Origin: Geotalea daltonii FRC-32
GTDB lineage: Bacteria > Desulfobacterota > Desulfuromonadia > Geobacterales > Geobacteraceae
DNA: 32,000 bases
Assembly (NCBI RefSeq): GCF_000022265.1
Contig: NC_011979.1
Span: 2,430,001 to 2,462,000 of the forward strand
Direction: 5' to 3'
The notes beneath the pieces are model-generated. The model was not told where the DNA came from, made no database searches, and worked only from the letters and a program-made list of their open reading frames with translations. This document shows, piece after piece, positions 1 to 7,695 of the stretch. How positions within the stretch are numbered: position 1 is the stretch's first letter; every line of letters begins with the position of its first letter. The translations under genes and the position numbers were made by a program.

Positions 1-2
1 TG

Positions 3-1103
3 GTGCGCGATGTCGCAATCCGGGAAATCGCCCCAAGGGCCCAGGAACTGGACGAGAAATCACTCTTCCCCGAACATGCCCGTGACCTTTTTGCCCAGCT
101 CGGGCTTTTGAACCCGCTTCTGCCGGCTGCTTACGGGGGCACCGAAATGGGCATAGCCACCGTCGTCCTTATTCTGGAGGAAATCTCCCGGGTCTGCGCG
201 TCCACCGCCCTTTTATTGATCGGCCAGTTCGACGGCATGCTCCCCATCATCCACGGGGGAAGTCCGGCCCTGAAAGAAAAATTCCTCCCCCGCTTCAGCG
301 GCGAATCGAAGCTTTTGACCGCCCTGGGGGCAACGGAGCCAAATGCCGGCTCGGACCTGCTGAACATGAAGACCCGCGCCGAGCGTAAGGGGGACAAATA
401 CGTCATCAACGGCCAGAAATGCTTTATCACCAACGGCTCCGTTGCCGATATCACCGTCGTCTATGCCTATACCGACCCGTCCAAGGGGGCGAAGGGGATC
501 AGCGCCTTTGTCGTGGAGCGGGGCACACCGGGCCTCATCTATGGCCGTGACGAAGTGAAGATGGGGATGCGCGGATCCATCAACTCCGAACTCTTCTTCG
601 AAAACATGGAAATCCCCGCCGAGAACCTGATCGGCGAAGAGGGGACCGGCTTTGCCAACCTCATGCAGACCCTTTCGGTGAACCGCATCTTCTGCGCCGC
701 CCAGGCGGTTGGCATTGCCCAGGGTGCCCTGGAGATCGCCATGAACCATGCCCGTGAACGGGTCCAGTTCGGCAATACCATCGCCCACCTGACCCCGATC
801 CAGTTCATGATCGCCGATATGGCCACCGCCGTGGAGGCTTCGCGGCTCTTGACGAGAAAGGCCGCCCAGCTGGTGGACGAGCACGATAAAAAGGCCGTCG
901 TCTTCGGGGGAATGGCCAAGACCTTCGCCAGCGACACCGCCATGCAGGTAACCACCGATGCGGTCCAGGTGCTGGGGGGCTCCGGCTACATGAAGGAGAA
1001 CAACGTGGAGCGCATGATGCGCGATGCCAAGCTTACCCAGATCTACACCGGCACCAACCAGATCACCCGCATGGTCACCGGCAGGGCCTTGTTATTCCAG
1101 TAG
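3..1103 (+). CDS. Acyl-CoA dehydrogenase family flavoprotein (5' end cut by window edge)
   Basis: The frame is open from the window edge to TAG at 1101-1103. ACAD hallmarks are present in the translation: GATEPNAGSD, KCFITNG, LGGSGYM and a C-terminal ...QIYTGTNQITRMVTGRALL. It is about 15-20 aa shorter than a typical ~380-aa ACAD. Confidence 0.85.
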   Translation: MRDVAIREIAPRAQELDEKSLFPEHARDLFAQLGLLNPLLPAAYGGTEMGIATVVLILEEISRVCASTALLLIGQFDGMLPIIHGGSPALKEKFLPRFSGESKLLTALGATEPNAGSDLLNMKTRAERKGDKYVINGQKCFITNGSVADITVVYAYTDPSKGAKGISAFVVERGTPGLIYGRDEVKMGMRGSINSELFFENMEIPAENLIGEEGTGFANLMQTLSVNRIFCAAQAVGIAQGALEIAMNHARERVQFGNTIAHLTPIQFMIADMATAVEASRLLTRKAAQLVDEHDKKAVVFGGMAKTFASDTAMQVTTDAVQVLGGSGYMKENNVERMMRDAKLTQIYTGTNQITRMVTGRALLFQ

Positions 1104-1149
1104 ATTTGACAGTCATGATTTTCTTGCAATGATAAAGGAGCCGGTAGCG

Positions 1150-2496
1150 ATGCGCAGACTCTTCATATATGTTTTGGCCGCAGGGATGCTGGCAGTTCCT
1201 GCGGCGGCCCAGGAAATTCCCCGGGATGTACCCCAGACCACCTACAATTGCGATTTCGATCCGGCCTGCGAGGTGAGCCCCGGCATTTACGGCAAGATGT
1301 CTTCCCCCGTCAGCAGCAAATTCAAATTGTCCATTGGCGGCTTCGTCAAGCTGGATTACATCTACAACTCGGTCAATCTGGGGTCGGCCAATACTATCGG
1401 CACGGTTGCCACCCTGCAGCCGAACGGCATACCCAAATCCGGTTCTGCCGCAGGCAAACAGGATCAATCCCTGTTCAGCGTCCGCCAGAGCCGCCTCTGG
1501 TTCAAGGCCGACGGACCGCCTCTTTTGGGGGCCAAGACCGGCGCCCTCATCGAGACCGATTTCTTCGGCTCGGGGGGGAGCAGCGCCGAATCGGCAAATA
1601 TGCGGATTCGGCTTGCCTATGGCACCCTCGACTGGACCGATACCCAGTTTCTCTTCGGCCAGTCCTGGGATCTCTTTGCCCCGGCGGCTGCCTCGACCCT
1701 TGACTTCGGCCACGGCCAGACGGCTGGCAATCCTACCACGCCGCGGGTCCCCCAGCTTAGGGTGACCCGGAAGGTTACCCTGGACGACCGGAATTCCCTT
1801 AAGTTGATCGCAGCCCTGCAGAACCCCATTCAGAACACCAACACGGCCAACGGCACCCCCGGAGAGACCTGGGGGGCCAAGCCCAATGTTGCAGGACAGG
1901 CCATGTTCGTCAGCAAGGCTCTGGGGGTCGCCCCCGGTTTCTGGGGGCTGCCCATGAATTCATTCACCGCCGGTCTCTTCGGCCTGTACGGCAACCAGGA
2001 GGTGGCGGGTAATTCCCATACGGTGGACTCCTGGGGTTACGGCTTCTACACCTTCGTGCCGCTCCTGAAGTCCGCCGACGGCAAAAGCAGAAAAATGACC
2101 GCTTCCTTCGAGGGGCAAGCCTATACGGCCGCCAACATGGCCTTCAACTATGCCACGGTTAGCCCGCTGGTGGGGTCGGCGGGGGATAAGACCGGGGCCA
2201 AGGGGTACGGGCTTTTCAGCCAAGCCATCTTCTATCCACTCCAGAACCTGGGCTTTACTGCCGGATACGGGATGCGGGGGGCACGGAACCAAGCTGCCTA
2301 CGTGAACAGCGGTATCAAGGACTTCCAGCGATCCAGCTCCCAGGCCTATGCCAATGTGGCCTATGACCTGAACGCCGCCGTCAGGGTAGCCACCGAATAC
2401 CAGTACGTGAGCACCCGCTACGGCAATGTCACCGCCGGTACTTCCGATCTGGGGCACGCCAATGTTTTTCGCTTTTCGCTGATTTACTTTTTCTAG
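1150..2496 (+). CDS. Outer-membrane porin-like beta-barrel protein
   Basis: An in-frame ATG at 1150 lies 9 nt after AAGGAG (1135-1140). It has a signal peptide MRRLFIYVLAAGMLAVPAAAQ. The body is Gly/Asn/Tyr-rich with alternating strand-like segments (FKLSIGGFVKLDYIY, RIRLAYGTLDW). The C-terminus ...FRFSLIYFF ends in an aromatic residue, as in OMP barrels. Confidence 0.6.
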   Translation: MRRLFIYVLAAGMLAVPAAAQEIPRDVPQTTYNCDFDPACEVSPGIYGKMSSPVSSKFKLSIGGFVKLDYIYNSVNLGSANTIGTVATLQPNGIPKSGSAAGKQDQSLFSVRQSRLWFKADGPPLLGAKTGALIETDFFGSGGSSAESANMRIRLAYGTLDWTDTQFLFGQSWDLFAPAAASTLDFGHGQTAGNPTTPRVPQLRVTRKVTLDDRNSLKLIAALQNPIQNTNTANGTPGETWGAKPNVAGQAMFVSKALGVAPGFWGLPMNSFTAGLFGLYGNQEVAGNSHTVDSWGYGFYTFVPLLKSADGKSRKMTASFEGQAYTAANMAFNYATVSPLVGSAGDKTGAKGYGLFSQAIFYPLQNLGFTAGYGMRGARNQAAYVNSGIKDFQRSSSQAYANVAYDLNAAVRVATEYQYVSTRYGNVTAGTSDLGHANVFRFSLIYFF

Positions 2497-2504
2497 GAGA
2501 TACC

Positions 2505-2825
2505 ATGGGGTACCGAATTGCAGTGCTGCTACTCTTCCTGGCCCTTGCCGCATGCGCCGAAAATCGGGCGGTCGTCGATGGCGTGGGATATGTGGAGATC
2601 GACAACCCCACTCTTACCCTTTATCCCGGCGCCCCGGAAAAGATCTGGGTGCCGCGGGAATCGGTCGATCACGGGGTGCCATTGGGGGGGCGGTTGCTGA
2701 AGAAGGGCTACGATGCGGTGGCAAGGGGGATAGGGGAGGGCTCCGAACAGGTGTCTACCTCGGTTCCCCAGCCCCTTCCGGACCACGATCCCCGAGAAAT
2801 TTACCGGGAAAACCAGTTCCGCTGA
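2505..2825 (+). CDS. Small lipoprotein, function unknown
   Basis: AGGAG at 2495-2499 precedes ATG 2505. The N-terminus MGYRIAVLLLFLALAAC carries a lipobox (L-A-A-C). I see no recognisable domain. Confidence 0.5.
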   Translation: MGYRIAVLLLFLALAACAENRAVVDGVGYVEIDNPTLTLYPGAPEKIWVPRESVDHGVPLGGRLLKKGYDAVARGIGEGSEQVSTSVPQPLPDHDPREIYRENQFR

Positions 2826-2919
2826 AGTCCGCTTCTCCGGGGCATTCATTATCGTCCACTGATGTGGCGACCGAACGGACGGACGAAGTCAAGAAACACA
2901 ATTAAAAGGAGCCATCACT

Positions 2920-4233
2920 ATGGACATCGTAAAAAACGCCAAAAGCAGCTATGGCCGACAATACCGGGATAAACTGTGCTCTCCGGAAGAAGCCGCATCC
3001 ATCGTCAAATCTGGCGATGCCCTTTGTTTTCCCATCAGCGTCGGAGAGCCGACTCTTTTCGTCCGGGCGCTGGCGGCACGCAAACACGAACTGGAAGGGG
3101 TAATCGTCAATCAACAGCATCACCTCTGCCCCGACTATTTCACAAAAGACTCGGCCCCGCACATCCGGGTAAATGCCTGGTTCACCAGCCATGTATCGCG
3201 GGAGGCGGTACAGAACGGCTGGGCCGATTTCATACCCAATTACTTCCATGAAGTACCGCGGCTGTTGCGGGAATTCTGGCCTATCGACGTGGCCGGGACG
3301 GTGGTGTCCCCCATGGACGAACATGGCTACTTTACCTGCAGCTTGTCGGTGGCCTACACCATGGAGGCGGTGAAAAAGGCGAAGAAGGTGGTAGTGCAGG
3401 TGAATTCCCAGGCGCCACGGACCCATGGCAATTGCCATATCCATATTTCAGAAATAGACCACATCATCGAGTGCAACGAGCCCTTGGAGGAATTGACGAT
3501 ATCGCCCATATCCACCATAGAGGAGGCCATAGGGGGCTACATAGCCGAGCTGGTGGAGGATGGATCGTGTTTGCAACTGGGCTGGGGAGGCATCCCCAAT
3601 TCGGTCTGCAAGGCGCTCTTGCACAAAAAGGATCTGGGGATCCATACCGAGCTCCTCTCCGACGGCATGGTGGACCTGATCCTGGCGGGCGCGGTCAACA
3701 ATTCCCGCAAGCAGACCCACCTGGGCAAGACGGTGGCAACCTTTGCCCTGGGAACGAGACGTCTCTACGAGTTCATGAATGAAAACCCGACCATAGAAAT
3801 GCATCCGGTGGACTACGTGAACTATCCCCACAACATCGGCAAGAACGACAAGGTGGTTTCGATCAACGCAACCCTGGAAGTGGATCTCCTGGGTCAGTGT
3901 TGTTCCGAATCCTTCGGCCATCTGCAATGGAGCGGTACCGGCGGCCAGGCCGACTTCGCCCGGGGCGCGAACATCTCAAATGGGGGCAAAGGCTTCATCA
4001 CCACTGCCTCCACTGCTAAAAACGACACCATCTCGCGGATCGTCCCGACCCTCAAGCCGGGTGCATCGGTCACCACCGGAAAGAATGACGTGGACTACGT
4101 GGTGACCGAATTCGGGGTGGCCAAACTCCGGGGACAGACCGCCCGGCAACGGGCGCTCAACCTGATCAACATCGCCCATCCCGATTTTCGTGGTGAACTG
4201 ACGGAAGCGGCCCGCAGAATGAACAGGATCTAA
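2920..4233 (+). CDS. Acetyl-CoA hydrolase/transferase family protein (4-hydroxybutyrate/butyrate CoA-transferase-like)
   Basis: AAAGGAG lies upstream of ATG 2920. The 437-aa product carries the family motifs GIHTELLSDG (catalytic Glu context) and SGTGGQADFARGA. Confidence 0.85.
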   Translation: MDIVKNAKSSYGRQYRDKLCSPEEAASIVKSGDALCFPISVGEPTLFVRALAARKHELEGVIVNQQHHLCPDYFTKDSAPHIRVNAWFTSHVSREAVQNGWADFIPNYFHEVPRLLREFWPIDVAGTVVSPMDEHGYFTCSLSVAYTMEAVKKAKKVVVQVNSQAPRTHGNCHIHISEIDHIIECNEPLEELTISPISTIEEAIGGYIAELVEDGSCLQLGWGGIPNSVCKALLHKKDLGIHTELLSDGMVDLILAGAVNNSRKQTHLGKTVATFALGTRRLYEFMNENPTIEMHPVDYVNYPHNIGKNDKVVSINATLEVDLLGQCCSESFGHLQWSGTGGQADFARGANISNGGKGFITTASTAKNDTISRIVPTLKPGASVTTGKNDVDYVVTEFGVAKLRGQTARQRALNLINIAHPDFRGELTEAARRMNRI

Positions 4234-4321
4234 ATGCCTGCTGGCGCGGTTAAATTCCCTTTACATCTGCACTATTTGTCGATTACTGTCGGATCAGCCG
4301 GGCAATTTCGGCAAGGAAGGA

Positions 4322-6172
4322 ATGGGGGGAGCCATGGAAGAGATCACCGGCAGTTCCTGGACCAGGTTCATCAAAAACGGCTATCGCATTTTTCTCGGCT
4401 CCGGAGCTTCCTGTCCCCATACGCTCATCGAGCAATTCCTGGAATCGGCCAGGTATTTCATGGACCTGGAGCTGGTCTACTTGCTCACCATCGGCGAGAC
4501 ACCGTGGACCGACCCCAAGTACGAGCACAACCTGCGGGTCAATACCTTCTTTCTCGACCAGGGAACCAGGGATGCCGTGCGAACCGGCCGGGCCGACTAC
4601 ACCCCCTGTTTCCTCTCGGAGATCCCGGCGCTTTTTACGGAAGACGTGCTTCCCGTCGACGTGGCGCTCATCCAGGTGACCCCCCCCGACGCCCAGGGCT
4701 ATTGCTCCCTCGGGGTCGCCGTCGATATTGTTCTGGCGGCGGCCAAATCGGCCAAGTACATCATCGCCCAGATCAATGACCAGATGCCCCGCACCTTCGG
4801 CCAATGCTATCTCCATCAGGACGAGATCGCGGCATTCCTCAGGGTTTCCCAGCCCCTTCCCCAGGTGCCCGCCTTCGAGATGGACGACGTCACCCTGCAG
4901 ATCGGCAAGTACGTTTCCCTCCTCATCGAGGACGGCTGCACGCTGCAGGCGGGGATCGGCAAGATCCCCGATGCGGTGTTGCGCCGGCTTACCGGCTACA
5001 ATGACCTGGGGGTCCACACGGAAATGTTCAGCGACGGGCTCTTGAACCTGTACAAGAACGGCAACATCACCAACAGATTCAAGGGGCTCCACGAAGGGAA
5101 AACCGTCGCTTCCTTCTGTTTCGGCAGCCAGAAGGTCTATGACTTTGTTGACAATAATCCCCACGTGGAGTTTCACGGCACTGCCTACGTCAACAACCCT
5201 TCAGTCATCGCCCGGAACCGCAAGATGATCTCGATCACCAGCGCCACCCAGGTGGACCTTACGGGGCAGATCGTTTCCGATTCGGTGGCAGGGCAGTTCT
5301 ACAGCGGCCTCGGCGGCCAGGTGGACTTCATCCGCGGTGCGGGCATGAGCCCCGGCGGGCGTCCCATCATCGCTCTCCCTTCCACGGCAAAGAACGGCAC
5401 CATCTCGCGCATCGTCTCCGTGGCCAGCCCTGGAGCGGGAGTGGGCGCCACCAGGGGGGACGTCCATTACGTGGTGACCGAATACGGCATCGCCACTCTG
5501 CGCGGCCGCAGCATTCGGGAACGGGTCATGGAGCTTATCCAGATCGCCCATCCCAAGTTCCGGGACCAGCTCCTGGACGACATGCTGAAATCCTACAAGG
5601 TGCCTGCTTACCAGCGGGACACACCCTCGCCGGTCAAGGAACTGGGGGACACGGAGGTCATCAGGCTGGATGGGAAGGGAGAGGATTACTTTCTGCGCCC
5701 CCTGCGCCCTTCGGACCAGCGGCGTCTCCAGACCTTTTTCTATTCCCACGACAAGGCGACCCTTTTCCAGCGTTACCGCAACGAGCCGAAAAAAATGGGC
5801 ACGGCCAAGGCCTACCGCCTGGTGAACACCGACCTTAGCCGGGACATGGCGTTATGTATCGTCGAGCGTCAGGGCCCACGGGAGGTGATCCTGGCCGTGG
5901 GGCGCTACTACGTGCTGGAAGGGGGAGAAGAGGCGGAAGCGGCCTTCGTCGTTCATGAGTCCATGCGCGACAAGGGATTTGCCAGCCTGCTCCTGGAAAA
6001 GCTCATCCACATCGCCCGGATGAGAAGGCTGAAAGTGCTGGTCGGCAATGTCCGTGCCGACAACCCCTCCATGCGCCGGGTATTCGAAAAGTTCCATTTC
6101 ACCGCGGCCCCTGCTGAAGAACCGTCCGAGCTGCGCTACCTGCTCAATCTGGAGGACCATGCTGAGCCTTGA
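4322..6172 (+). CDS. Fusion protein: acetyl-CoA hydrolase/transferase domain + C-terminal Pat-type GNAT acetyltransferase
   Basis: The N-terminal ~430 aa are paralogous to the previous gene (GVHTEMFSDG, SGLGGQVDFIRGA). The C-terminal ~160 aa are a GNAT: YFLRPLRPSDQRRLQTFF..LFQRY, an acetyl-CoA loop MRDKGFASLLLEKLI, and NPSMRRVFEKFHF. The start could alternatively be ATG 4334. Confidence 0.8.
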   Translation: MGGAMEEITGSSWTRFIKNGYRIFLGSGASCPHTLIEQFLESARYFMDLELVYLLTIGETPWTDPKYEHNLRVNTFFLDQGTRDAVRTGRADYTPCFLSEIPALFTEDVLPVDVALIQVTPPDAQGYCSLGVAVDIVLAAAKSAKYIIAQINDQMPRTFGQCYLHQDEIAAFLRVSQPLPQVPAFEMDDVTLQIGKYVSLLIEDGCTLQAGIGKIPDAVLRRLTGYNDLGVHTEMFSDGLLNLYKNGNITNRFKGLHEGKTVASFCFGSQKVYDFVDNNPHVEFHGTAYVNNPSVIARNRKMISITSATQVDLTGQIVSDSVAGQFYSGLGGQVDFIRGAGMSPGGRPIIALPSTAKNGTISRIVSVASPGAGVGATRGDVHYVVTEYGIATLRGRSIRERVMELIQIAHPKFRDQLLDDMLKSYKVPAYQRDTPSPVKELGDTEVIRLDGKGEDYFLRPLRPSDQRRLQTFFYSHDKATLFQRYRNEPKKMGTAKAYRLVNTDLSRDMALCIVERQGPREVILAVGRYYVLEGGEEAEAAFVVHESMRDKGFASLLLEKLIHIARMRRLKVLVGNVRADNPSMRRVFEKFHFTAAPAEEPSELRYLLNLEDHAEP

Positions 6173-7160
6173 AAAGAAATTTCCCAAGGGGAAAGGGCGC
6201 TTCGTACTCTTTTCCCACCCCGACTGCCTTCTGCACCGGGTGAGGGAAGATCACCCGGAGACTCCCGCCCGCCTGGAGAGCATCCTGCATGGCTGTGCCG
6301 CCTTGCCCGCCTCCCTTCCCTTGTCCTTTCAGGTTCCACCTCCGGCTACCGTGGCACAGCTGCAACTGGTCCATGAAGAGAAGTACCTGCTGAACCTGGA
6401 GGCTGCCTGCCGGCAGCGGGACCCCCTGTTCATGACCCCCGACAATCATATCTGCCCCGATACCTTCCGGGCGGTGCTTGCCGCCGCAGGTTGCGCCCTG
6501 GCCCTGGGGGAGACGCTGCTGGAGAACGGGGCCGGTTTCGCCCTGGTCCGTCCGCCTGGGCACCATGCGGGCAGAAAAAGCGCCGAGGGATTCTGCTTCG
6601 TCAACCATATTGCCCTGGCCATCGAGACCATCAGGCAGCGGCAACCGGCGGCGAATTTTCTCGTGGTGGATTTCGATGTCCATCACGGCAACGGCATCGA
6701 CTACATCTACTACAACGACCCCACGGTTTTTTACTACTCCCTGCACGGCACCCCCGACCATATCTACCCCCATTCCGGCTATGTCCATGAAACCGGCCAT
6801 GGGCCGGGGGCGGGGTTCACCTGCAACATCACGCTTCCCTTGGAGACGTCGGGGGACGAATGGCTGCGCCGGTTTACCGACAACCTGGACCATGCGGTCC
6901 GCAAGATCCAGCCGGACTACATTCTGGTGGGCGCCGGCTTCGATGCACATTACCAGGACCCCTTCGGGGTCATGAAAGTGGAGGACCGGCACTTTCTCCG
7001 GGCGGTGCGCCTCATCCGTGAAACGGCGTGGGACCACTGCGGAGGGAAAGCCGGCTTCTTCCTGGAGGGAGGCTATTCGACTGCCGTTCTTGAGCGGCTG
7101 GTGCCGGAAATTATCACCATCCTCGCCAGCGGGGCTGATTCCCCCTTCTGCCCCCCCTGA
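6159..7160 (+). CDS. Histone deacetylase-family (AcuC/HDAC-like) Zn-dependent deacetylase
   Basis: ATG 6159 follows GGAGGA (6151-6156) and overlaps the upstream stop by 14 nt. HDAC signatures are present: RPPGHHA, DFDVHHGNG, GAGFDAH..DP and LEGGY. Confidence 0.85.
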   Translation: MLSLEKKFPKGKGRFVLFSHPDCLLHRVREDHPETPARLESILHGCAALPASLPLSFQVPPPATVAQLQLVHEEKYLLNLEAACRQRDPLFMTPDNHICPDTFRAVLAAAGCALALGETLLENGAGFALVRPPGHHAGRKSAEGFCFVNHIALAIETIRQRQPAANFLVVDFDVHHGNGIDYIYYNDPTVFYYSLHGTPDHIYPHSGYVHETGHGPGAGFTCNITLPLETSGDEWLRRFTDNLDHAVRKIQPDYILVGAGFDAHYQDPFGVMKVEDRHFLRAVRLIRETAWDHCGGKAGFFLEGGYSTAVLERLVPEIITILASGADSPFCPP

Positions 7161-7262
7161 TTTTCACTCACCTTCCATCTTTTTTTTCCAGCTTTACCCT
7201 CGCGGAAGCCTTTCTTCTGCCGAAATTCATGTCGATTAGCGCCGATCTTCCGCTGGGAATTA

Positions 7263-7350
7263 CCCCCCCTTTAAGAAAGGGGGGCTGGGGGGATTTCGAA
7301 TGTCCCTCAAAGACAAATCCCACTGAATCCCCCTTTGCCAAAGGGGGACC
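7263..7350. repeat. Two inverted copies of a C5-7TTT-N3-AAAG5-6 ... GGGATTT hairpin repeat
   Basis: Copy 1 is CCCCCCTTT-aag-AAAGGGGGG (7264-7284) followed by GGGGGGATTT (7287-7296). Copy 2, in reverse orientation, is AAATCCC (7316-7322) followed by CCCCCTTT-gcc-AAAGGGGG (7329-7347). It looks like a short intergenic repeat family. Confidence 0.5.
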
Positions 7351-7433
7351 GGAAGATTGACGCTCATCGGGAAACCCGTTGCCCTCTCTAAATCCTCCAA
7401 TTAAGGCCTTGCAGCACCGGCCCTGCCGGTAAT

Positions 7434-7467
7434 GTAGCCATAGGGGGACATGTCTCCCTATGGCTAC
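7434..7467. repeat. 15-bp-arm near-perfect palindrome/hairpin
   Basis: The sequence is GTAGCCATAGGGGGA-catg-TCTCCCTATGGCTAC, with one G:T position. A partial third copy, GTGGCTAC, sits at 7516-7523. Confidence 0.45.
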
Positions 7468-7695
7468 GCCCGGAAAAGGCCGCCTGGTGGCGGGGTAAGG
7501 GTGAGTCGTCTCTGTGTGGCTACAACGTGTAATTTATAATACATGGTATTGTGCTGTATTGTGAAGAAAAGTGTTTAAAACTCAGATAGATATGGTTGAG
7601 TGGTTGAGCGGGTGGAATTGGCACATTCAGTGTAATAAAAAACTGTTATATAACATTGAGGCGCATTATCCCGGCCACCGAAAAGGAGTAATTAC

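Noticed and set aside
1106-1133. A TTGACA-16 nt-AATGAT sigma-70-like promoter upstream of the porin gene.
   Set aside because: The implied transcription start would fall on or after the AAGGAG ribosome-binding site (1135-1140), which is inconsistent with the chosen start. The gene is probably co-transcribed with the upstream gene.
4234-4779. A 181-aa + strand ORF starting right after the first CoA-transferase gene.
   Set aside because: It is out of frame with, and mostly inside, the CoA-transferase/GNAT fusion gene. Its Arg/Pro/Gly-rich translation has no motif.
7619-7633. A sigma-54-like TGGCAC-N5-GTGT upstream of the acyl-CoA synthetase. A similar TGGCAC-N5-TGTT lies at 14948-14962.
   Set aside because: The -24 element is good, but the essential GC of the -12 element (TTGC) is missing in both. 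They are not reported as promoters.
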